Origin: Lingula anatina
Taxonomy: Eukaryota > Animalia > Brachiopoda
Direction: 5' to 3'
Assembly: GCA_051362555.1 (NCBI GenBank)
Contig: CM120649.1
Span: 20,193,566 to 20,257,565, forward strand
DNA length: 64,000 nucleotides
Shown: in pieces, positions 38,419 through 49,011 of the stretch
How the letters are laid out: each line of letters begins with the position of its first letter
Position numbering within the stretch: the stretch's first letter is position 1
The notes under the pieces: model-generated
What the model was told of the DNA's origin: nothing
The model's input: only the letters and a program-made list of their open reading frames with translations
Database searches by the model: none
Position numbers and translations under genes: made by a program

Positions 38419-41400
38419 CTAGTTGTCGTCCAAGTACGCCCTGTTCGGAGCCAGTGGTGGTAACACGTGTTCAGTAGGCACTGCCGTGGGAATCTTAAAC
38501 TCTCGCGGACCCCCTGTGGAGATATCTTCTGGATGTTGTGGCCGGGGATCAGCAAATCTCAAATATTGGTACAACATCTTGACCCCGTTGACCACCCCCT
38601 CGCCGTTGGATTTGATATGGAAGGGCAGCTGTTCCTCTGGCTGGAGGATGGACGACCTGGAGGACTGGTGTGGTCTCCAAGTGGTGGACCCGACAATAAC
38701 AGGAACCGAAACCTGAAAATAAACCATGCAATTTGCCACTTATTATAATTGTGATATACAGTCATTTGATTTGGAGGAGGTCTATGCAATGTACGTTGTT
38801 TTGCTTACCGCCGAAAAGGTGTATCGACAGACACAATTGCAATACGGTGCCAATTGTTATTTCCCAAAATGGGCGCAAAAAGTATGAAACTGCCATTGAA
38901 AGAGACACACTCAGCTAAAAAGAAACAATTGATCTGACCCCACTAAACGACATATTGTTGAACTCGAAGCTGACTAGCTCAGCATGATATATAGCAGGAA
39001 AACTCCCAACAATAATGTGCTCCAGTGACAAATTAAAGGTCCCATGTGGCCCCTCCCAGGTGTTCTCCATGTAGTCGAGGAAACAAAGGAGCTCTTACTT
39101 CCCAGCAGTGTCATCACGCAGCAGTCGACATGGTCCTGTTTGACGTTCACTTAACCCTATTATCCCCGAACATGCTATCTGCTAGCCGTTAAGACCCGAG
39201 CTGTCTCAATAACAGCCCCATTTACAGGTGCTTGATAACATGGTTCATTTATAATTATCCTTCATTAACGGCGTTAAACCGTGCATATTATTATTTTATC
39301 TTTTTGCTAAATAATCAACTTATTTGCTTATTCAGCATTATGCTTCACAGAATTTAGCCAGTAATGGCTTGCGCCTGTTACACAAGGGACCAAAGTGGAG
39401 ACCTACTTGACTTGCTGGGGACGTTAACTTGTGAATAATTCCGGTAAGGTACAGGGTAAACAACTTCATGTACTAGTGGTTAATGATGTCTAGCCTGGCA
39501 AAACATGGATCTCATACTTCAACATTACTGGTACCTCCACTGGAGTGCACCCTGGGGATGGGTCCACCTTACTTGGCACATACAGACGTCAAAAAAAAAA
39601 AAAAAAAAAAAAACGTGCACCTCAGTTCACCATGCGCTTAAAGTCACCAAGGTATATAAGAGCGCATTCAGAACAAATTGATCCGCGGACCAAATATGGC
39701 CGACCCACTTAAAAGGTAGCCGCTAATAATTCCCTGATGGTCTCCCCGCCTCCACACGCCCCGTCCCTGCGGTAGCCTAGCAATTAAACTTCGGAGCCTA
39801 AATTTAACCCGTTTAATGGTCGTGTGTAGGCGGTGAGACCATAAGGACATTAAATGGCTGCCTTTATGATGGATTGGCCATATAAAATCCGTTTAATGGC
39901 CGTGTGTAGGCGGTGAGACCATAAGGATATTAAGTGGCTTCCTTTATGATGGATTGGCCATATTAAATCCGTTTAATGGTCGTGTGTAGGCGGTGAGACC
40001 ATAAGGAATTTAAATGGCTGCCTTTATGATGGATTGGCCATATTTAATCCGTTTAATGGCCGTGTGTAGGCGGTGAGACCATAAGGATATTAAGTGGCTT
40101 CCTTTATGATGGATTGGCCATATTTAATCCGTTTAATGGCCGTGTGTAGGCGGTGAGACCATAAGGATATTAAGTGGCTTCCTTTATGATGGATTGGCCA
40201 TATTTAATCCGTTTAATGGCCGTGTGTAGGCGGTGAGACCATAAGGATATTAAGTGGCTTCCTTTATGATGGATTGGCCATATTTAGTCCGAGGATCAGT
40301 AAGTTCGCGGATTATCTGTTCTGAATGCGCTCTATGACCTCTTCAGTCATTATCCACAGACCCTTCATCGTGCTTTATCAGACTAATTACCCAAGTTTAT
40401 TCTCATTAAACAAATTAAGATGGTTGTGTCACAAGAAGCTTCGGTAAGGAAATCACAAACGTTACCAACGAGGTTAGTTACTCGATTTGCCTCTAGTATA
40501 CAAGCAGCTTTTGCGGATACCTGGTCAGTTATCTTTATCGTCATTAATTACACCCTTTGGAAATCCACCCTCTTTGGGCAGTGGATAATGTCACCATTCA
40601 TTTCAATAAGATGAAAATTATGATAATCAGGACATCAGATGAACGCCGTTTCTACCCGCCATAACCCGATCTAAACAGCTCAACAGAGCCCTTCAACAAA
40701 AGCGCGTGCTTTTATTATAGTGCTGATTTCATGACCAAATTATAATTTAGAAACTTTCCACTTTTGTTCACATTATGTCAAAACTTTGTCAAAATTGTTT
40801 GTGTGTCTCTGTTATAATGATTTTACCTGAATCTGTTAATGTAAAACTATTTAATTAATTAGAAAGATCTGAAATTAAGTTTTAAAGGATGTCTTCAGTT
40901 GTGAAGGATTGGGTTTCTTTATTAAGTCTTAATCTCCTAATTAAGGTTAAATGGTTAATATTGATTTCAATGAAAACAAAACATACTAATTATTTGCAGT
41001 GAGAAGGTTATTCCGGTGTCCTCGGAGCACACAGAAGCAGGACAGTTCTTGAAGGAAGCCCCCTTTGTCAATTTTCCTTTCATCAATATGAATAAAACAT
41101 ATTTAATTGCAGAGATGTGGCTTTGGTAGCCTCGTTAAACGTTAAGCAAGACAATGAAATAATAAAAAAGAAAATATGTAGAAAATTACTTACAGACAGA
41201 AGGGAAATAATAACTAGGCAGCAGAGCTAACAAATGTACAGTCACAAAGCAGAAAATAATGATGCTACTGCACAATATAGTATTGTCAATTTTGATGTAA
41301 TATTTTATAATGCCTAACTACTTAGTAATTACCTATTTCACATTACATGCTAGAGGTAGCATCGGCACGTATGTAAATCACATCTGGCTTCATGCCAATG

Positions 41401-41974
41401 AGTTTTAAAGTCACACAATGAGAATACCGAAACGTGAAATTGAACATTGTAACTCCTCCCAGAAATGCCAATGAGTTTTAAAGTCACACAATGAGAATAC
41501 CGAAACGTGAAATTGAACATTGTAACTCCTCCCAGAAATGCCAATGAGTTTTAAAGTCACACAATGAGAATACCGAAACGTGAAATTGAACATTGTAACT
41601 CCTCCCAGAAATGCCAATGAGTTTTAAAGTCACACAATGAGAATACCGAAACGTGAAATTGAACATTGTAACTCCTCCCAGAAATGCCAATGAGTTTTAA
41701 AGTCACACAATGAGAATACCGAAACGTGAAATTGAACATTGTAACTCCTCCCAGAAAAAAATAAAGAAAATTAATTGAATCAGACTGGTTTTCCAACTTT
41801 TGTTGTTTTTAAGAACTTGGCATTATTCTCTTAAGTTACAGAGCAACACGGTTTTCCTCGTTTTATGTTTATGGTGGCAGTGAACAAATTTAAGCTTTTT
41901 TTTTTCTGAAATCTGAGTGCATTCAGAACAAATTGATCCTCGGAAACAGATCCATCGCTTTACTATGGCCAGCC

Positions 41975-42057
<83 letters not shown>

Positions 42058-43817
42058 GTAATGTTAAATTTTCAGGATGTTTCATTTCAAAAGATAAAAT
42101 CCAATATTCGAATTTGATGGTGATTTGCTCTTTATTTCTGAACCGTAAACCACTAAAGTAAGTTTGAGAAAAATAAGTCACAGTTTGTCCATAAATCGTG
42201 TTAGTGGTGAAAGTGCACGGCGACAACGACTGCGCAGACATTGACGACAACGTCAACAGACGCAGGTGCTGACTCCATGTACACAGTTTTTGTACTTGAA
42301 AGGAGAAGAAAGAATGAAAGAATATACAGACAAAAATCCTGATAAAAACAAAAGGCACCAAGTTCCGCTTACTTTGGGTCCTTTAGGCTGGCCAAGGCCT
42401 GTCTGGAACCTGCACTCTAGTAGGTACGTAATCTCCACGTACTGTGACCCAGGGTCTGACTTCAGTAGTGACGGTTCCAGAGCTCTGGAATCAGACAGGA
42501 ATGGTTTACAACACGAAGTAATGAATATTTTCAGATTTTGTGTCGCCAGCGATTACATCAAACTGGTGTTTGTAAATCTTTCGGGGAAAAAAGCTACATT
42601 AATATTTTCACCAGCCTTTCAAACAAAACAAAAAAAGAAACGATGGAATATTCTCTGGATTTGACTTTGAATGCTGGGTTTCAGAAAGGGTTCCCTTAAA
42701 CGAACTTATCCAAAAATGATGCATTCAAATGTCAATGCTTTCAATATATCTTGCAAAGTTTGAAAACGCTTGATTATGTTCTATGTTTTGTTAATAGTAC
42801 ATCTGTAAGGATGACAAATTCTTTTTGAGTTTATCCATTCTTAAAACGTACAGGTGATTGTCATGATTGACTTATTTGATTGAATATTCATTCATTTTCA
42901 TACCTGTGAAAATTAAACCAATATTGTGAGTTCCCGCCAAATTTCTTTCCTGGACCACAATCTAGCCGAAGCTTAAAAGTCGCCTTGTTGACCTTCTCCG
43001 CGACCTTGACCTGGTCCTTATGCTTGAATGTCACCATCTGATACAACTTACACATGATAGCATTCACACTATAGCAGCTATTATTGTCCAGTTCAGGAGA
43101 GAAGGTAACGTCCTCTCTAGTGGCCACTCTTCCTGCCCTTACTGCGCATGACATGGAACTGCCTGTACAGGCGAGCCCGAACGACTTTTTTTGTGTATGC
43201 GTTGTGGTTATATTGGCTGTTTCTAAGGCGTCCCGGTTAAGGAGACGCTGAACTAAGAAATATGACCTCTCAGATTCTGACACTTTTCTTCCAACGTCGT
43301 CATATATGATCCCTACCGCAAAATAGGTGATCATAACTCGGCGAGCCCCACTGGTCGTGACATAGGACATGGAACCAGGAATGCCACTGGGAAGTTGGAA
43401 TTTAAAGGGAACAGGCGTGTCTGATATAATTTGCCCCAGTTCTATTCCTGCTGAAAATATTTCTTCCCCCTCCGCATACATATCAAATCTTTTCCCCGTG
43501 GTGTCCGAGCCAAGCTTGTCCAATATGACGTATTCACCAATGACCTTCACCTCCACGTGACAATCGTACGGGGACCTCAACTGAAGTTGCACGAGACCTG
43601 AGACCAAATCTCCGGGCCGATGTAGCCGATATCCGTATTCGTCAAAATCGATTTCGAAATCGTCCACCACCTTTGATGTCTCCACTATTTTCAGGGTCCT
43701 AAGGTGTGATTTGGGGTCTGGAAGACAGCCCCTGACCTCGACCCGGAATCTTTTGACATAATTACTAAAACGTTCTCTGTCTATACTGTGAAACCCGTTC
43801 TTCAACTCTTTATCCAT
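38419..43817 (-). CDS. Divergent arrestin-domain-containing (alpha-arrestin/ARRDC-like) protein, 3 exons, about 439 aa
   Basis: Exons 42904-43817 (phase 2, donor GTATGA), 42373-42484 (acceptor TTCCAG, donor GTAAGC) and 38419-38712 (acceptor TTTCAG) join in frame. Arrestin_N-like segments: FEIDFD...PGDLVSGLVQLQL...PFKFQLPSGIPGS...ITYFAVG. Arrestin_C-like segments: LDNNS...CKLYQMVTF...LEPS...VEITYLLEC...VSVPVIVGS. The start codon is uncertain. Confidence 0.78.
39660..40332. mobile_element. TIR-bounded non-autonomous DNA element carrying six 80-bp internal tandem repeats
   Basis: Left end GAGCGCATTCAGAACA, right end TGTTCTGAATGCGCTC. 80-bp units at 39809+80n. Flanks are TAA and TAT (imperfect TSD). 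A solo related end lies at 41915-41945. Confidence 0.72.
41393..41757. repeat. 73-bp minisatellite x5
   Basis: ATGCCAATGAGTTTTAAAGTCACACAATGAGAATACCGAAACG... recurs with period 73. Confidence 0.95.
41978..42053. repeat. (TA)n microsatellite
   Basis: Read directly. Confidence 0.95.
42190..42302 (-). mobile_element. Diverged 5' fragment of the same HINE-like family
   Basis: The reverse complement reads ...GTACAT...CACCTGCGTCTGT...GTCGCCGTGCACTTTCACCACTAACACGAT, resembling 26195-26275. Confidence 0.6.
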
Positions 43818-46422
43818 GCCTTGCACGTTTATAGTGTCACATTAAAATAGGGAAAGTTATTTCTTCAAAGTCATTAAAGCTTGCAGCATAAGTACCACTT
43901 GTTGATGATCCTTTGAATAGGGGCAATTATTTAGCATAGGGTTCATTTACAACTGGTATATCCAGTCTTCTGTATTATATTGCTTAAAAACCCTGTGAAA
44001 CTTTGCAATAAGTGTATCTATGACAACATTAGGAGAATGTTGTGAATGTTGTCTCATAAAGTTCTCGTACTTTGCATTTCAAATATCAAAGCCGTTTCCG
44101 TCATATATCATTAATGGAGATTGGCAAGTTCAACAACTACGTGCACCTTGTATGCTTCTAAATACCCATGTGTGGCATAGTTGATGCACATGAACCCTGT
44201 CCAACGTGTCCATGCAGAAGATGTCGAAATTATGCCAAAAGAGCGCTTTAATTTTATCTCTAAACTAAAGAAGATATTTAACGACTGCTCCTTCCAAAAC
44301 AATTCGGCTGAATATTTAAGAGCCCAATTCTAACTACAAAAAAAAAACTTCTTTACAAGTTGAACAGTCGCATCAATGTACACTTGCCTGACATTTAAGT
44401 ATAAAGGATGTCTCCGGTTGAATAATGCACCATACAGAAACAACGCCCGTTCTATGGTCCACGTTTAAACATCTTTTTAGAAAAGTACATGGAGTCAATA
44501 CAAAGTGAATCTTGGTAGATTGGAGAAATCAGTCAAAGTCTTCTTCGCTGTCCCTATGGCAATTAAGAACTACCACGTGATTGGTGCTACGGAGAGTTCA
44601 AGGTGCAGTTGTTTGTTCGCGAGTTAATATGTCCCTCATGTCACGTGACGCTCACCCTCGTCCTGTCACCACTTAAAAACAACATCGTCTATGTCCTTGT
44701 TATATATTGTAACTTCATGATCTTTGAGAAACTATTAATAACAAGGGCGTCTATCACCCTAGACCAGTTCCAGCCAGTGTGGTGAGATGATGTCCTGAAC
44801 GCTTGGCTGCCTGCGTGCTGTACAGTCATTAAGCCTTATCTGCGGTCAGCAATGCACACACGTTTCTCTAGCGATTGTAATATTACCTTTGGCAGTGACA
44901 AGGGGACATTAAAGAGAGTTTAAATCACCTGAATTGAGAAGATGCTGTATAATTATATGCTTAGGTTGTTTCTGTCCCAAAGCTGTTGCATTGTTAAATG
45001 ATGCTCAGTATGTAGGACTGTTTGCGAGAGATGAAATCACGGGCGCCGAGTTCACAATGGATAGCATGGTGAAACAATGAGAAAGCTGTGCATTTATACC
45101 GACTCCGTTTAATGCTTTAATGATTTACTTTTGCAATATATATATATCATAATCACTTCATATCTAACCATGGACATTTCTGGAAGTGAGAGGTGGATTT
45201 TGAACCCCTCAGCTGTGTATTTCGTCCTTGTCAAGACCCATGTACACTACATGCATATTATGTATATAGAGAGAGTTGTGAGGTTGTTCTCTTCTCACAG
45301 GACGTTCATTTTCGTTATAATAAAGCTAGTGGGGTGCACCGTTACCGAGATCAATAAACCCATAGTGTTCACTTCTCATTTCAATATTTATTTGATTCAA
45401 TCAGTGTGTTCTAAACCAGAAAACTTACTCAAGGCGACATTTTATGTTTACATGTGCCACAAGAACGATCTCTTATTAATATACAGTGCTATAATCCTGT
45501 TGACCTGATGTGACCCCAATATATCACACTTCCTGCCGACGTGACTGGCACCGTCAAAGTTAAGGTCACACAAGATGGCAAAGATTACCGCACGTATTCC
45601 GGTGCCTTTCAGATCAACTTAGACATGTTGTATTTTACACCTAATCTGTTATATTTCATATGCCAAAATGAAGTGTGTTATCACTTGTGTTTTGGTGACA
45701 GTCAAATCTTTAAATCATGATGGTAAATTATTAAAGATTTTGTCTTCGTGACTTACATATTATTTTACATGGCGGCGAATATGAAATCAAGACACAATGG
45801 AGAGTTTGCTTCTATACAAAATCATATTTCTTTATTAACATATCCTACACCTTCACAAATAATGTACAATCATCAGACATAAACAACTCAGTACATCGTT
45901 ACAAAAATAAATAAGCAACCCAGCCGCATAAATAAGAAAATAGGCTGCACAATCCCAAATAGGAGATAATACAAATATTATGATGTACGCGGCCGAGCGG
46001 CACTGGCAAAGGTACATGGGTCGGGCAAGACGTGGTCCGTGCAGAACATGTGAATAACTGTATTATTTCACAATCACATTGTCAAATTAACATCTAAGCA
46101 AGATAATTCTAACGTTATAACTGATCCAAAGGTAGAGAACATTAATCTCACCCGACAAATCACATGGAGAATGATTTTCAAAAAAGATATGAAGTTAATG
46201 CGATATACGGGAATTAGAAGACGACGGGCTGGTGCAGGATAGTTTGAAAGAGGCTACGTTAAACTGGGATGTCAGTCCTTGGATGCAAAGCTAGCCCACC
46301 CTTGCCCCACAAATGACTATAAAGGACCACATATTTGGATCAATGTATCTCATTGGGGAGTCGTACTAAATTGATATCAACTTAACGGGCTTGAATGTCT
46401 GTCACGCCTAATAAAACTTTAA

Positions 46423-48880
46423 AGGACAATGTTCATGTAAAAATCCATTTCTCGAATTTTGAAGATACAGCACTCAATCTATACACTAGAGGTATGTTTT
46501 AATCGATCCCCGCCATTTAAATATTATAAAAACAATCTATTAGTAGAAAAAAAAGCGTTTTAGTAAACCTCACCTCAATATGCAAAAATGAAGCAACAGA
46601 TCTGGGTCACGTGGTACTGTGACGACAATCACGATAAAGGTCTATGAGACTCAACTGAGCTGCATGGTGCATACTATACAGACGTAGAAGTTAAGGAAAG
46701 TTGTGTTGAACGGAGTTGAGGAATTTTCGTTATGCCTCGGTGAGTTGCCGTGGGATTCACCAAAATTGCAGCTCTCTTTGACAATCTTTCTTTGTCTGTG
46801 ACGGTCTTCCGTGACTTACTAACTTCGGTGACAATAGTTGCGATGCTCTAGATCATGGTCACCTCAGGTGGTTTAGATCATATCAAGAGCTGGTAGTCTT
46901 TCAGATTAACTGTCATCAGTTGGCAAACTTACTGATTGCTGATGCATTTTAAATGCTTTGTAGTTGACCAAAAGCTCGTTTACAACAAACCTGTTAATTA
47001 TGCACCGCTGCAATTCCCAAGCCAGGTAATAACAGGTATGAAACTCGTCTTGGTGGGCTTTCATATTTTTCAATATATCTCATTTATTTCATGGGATTAT
47101 TTTATTGGTATTTGTAAATGACGTTAAATATCAATACTTAAACAATTAAGTTCAAACACGGTCGCGAACATAAATAAAAGAAATTGCTCTCAGGGTATCT
47201 TGAAGCTTCCGTGGAAGAAAATGTGTTGAGGAAAAACAGGAAAAAGAGCGTTATATTAAAGAAAAAATGGGAACTGCTGTAATAAAATGGTTCGTTATCC
47301 TAATTCGTTTATGCTTTGAGGATTTGTTTCTGAAGATTATTTCATCTGAAATATTAAATAATTTAAAAGATTGATTATTTTATAACTTGAAACGCAAATT
47401 CTGCGTCAGTACGCAATTTTTTTTTTGCAAATTTGTAAGCTTATAACACCGTGCTATAAAGATCTACTCAAGAAAAAATTTTGCTTGGGTAAAATTGAGT
47501 ACGGAATGAACTGGAGACACTTGGCTTGTCATTAAGTTTACACGAAAATATGTCAGGTAACTTTATACTGTCTTTGAAAGAGTAAAGATTGAAAGATAAT
47601 TTTAGACTAACTTTGACGGGGGAAATACCTACAAAGAGTAATGGGCTACTTCGCCAACATCTTGTTGAAAATTTTACACTGCAATTCTATTCAAATAAGC
47701 CAAGGAACTAATTGCCAAATTAATACTCTCATCACATAACAGGGGGGTAACCAGACCTGCAAAAATTGTACGCACATATTTAAAAAGATTACAAGCACAT
47801 ACAGCAAAATGTAGACTTACGCAAAACATGAAGGACAGCGTAATCACAGCAAATGTACCTCATATAGTAGCTTAATTTCCATTAATAATAAAATCATCAT
47901 TTAAGTCAAAAATATTCTTGCGATTTAATAACTATTTTAATTTACCCAGAACGGTATATTTATTTTAAAGGCGGTTAACTGAAATATAGTTTTATGATTT
48001 GTTTGTGAAAATTGCCCATGTCACCCTGTTAGTTTGGAGGTCTAAGCTGGATTAAGTCCGTGTTAAAATTCCTATGAAGTTGTGCAGGAAAAATTCTTCC
48101 TTTCTTTCTCTAGCTCCTCGATAAACCTGGTGTTCAGATTTTATCTAGTACCCCCAGGTCTACGGGAGCTGCGCTTTGTAACTAACGCACAGGTAGATTT
48201 TTACCTGAGATAACTGGAGTAAAGCTTAGAGAGTGCGTTCGATACAAGCAAGACAAATTGAATGCCATTTAACCCTCTAATTAAGAGGTAAAGGAAGTTC
48301 CAGGTAGATGGATGATTAAGATAGGACTTGTAAAGGTAACAGGCATTGTTTACCTCAGTTTAATAAAAGTATGCAAGACGGAGTGTCAGCGGTTTAATAA
48401 AATAAATTGAATTTCACAAATAACATGGACCTCATATGCAATAATCAACATTTCCCTTAACTCATTCAAATGCAGTGTTTTATACAACTTGGGATAACCA
48501 TAATGAAATGCTTGTTAAAGAAATGACTAGACGGGAAATGGTTTTACACAGCTTCACGAGGATTTAGACCCCTCGGGTAAGAGATTTGAATGAGTATAAA
48601 CTTTTATCAGAAGCCAGAGAAGTCATCGTACAGGTGGACAATGCAGCTCAGTTTGACAGCTAAGCACGCTCTGTTCTCCAGTGGCTCGATTGTCGTCATT
48701 GGACCACGTGACCACATAGCTCATTAACTCCCAGGCCGAGCAAATAGGACGTTTTTTAAAGCCAAAAATTTACAAAATGAGCTTTTAATTTGTGTATTTG
48801 GATAAAGATATCGTTAGTTGGGCATGTTTTCTGAAGAATATGTTCCGTTCAGGCCATTCTGACGGCATGAAGCAAACCCT
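46423..48880. mobile_element. Putative TTAA-flanked non-autonomous DNA transposon (Kolobok-like) with diverged subterminal inverted repeats
   Basis: TTAA|AGG at 46419-25 and CCT|TTAA at 48878-84. Inverted matches: GGTCACGTGGT-N4-TGACGACAATC (46605-30 vs 48688-713) and AACTGAGCTGCAT (46653-65 vs 48641-53). Confidence 0.5.
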
Positions 48881-48887
48881 TTAAGTG

Positions 48888-48980
48888 TAAGGGTTAGGGT
48901 TAGGGTTAGGGGTTAGGGTTAGGGTTAGGGTTAGGGGTTAGGGTTAGGGTTAGGGTTAGGGTTAGGGTTAGAGGTTAGGG

Positions 48981-49011
<31 letters not shown>

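Noticed and set aside
39400-39613. Possible SINE ending in a poly(A) run at about 39591-39613
   Set aside because: No convincing Pol III A/B boxes or TSD found by eye.
45530-46060. Possible promoter motifs (ACTTCC, AAGATGGC, ACATGGCGGC) or a minus-strand 3' exon with AATAAA at about 45831
   Set aside because: Short motifs only, with no recognisable ORF or strong splice site; cannot be supported without transcript data.
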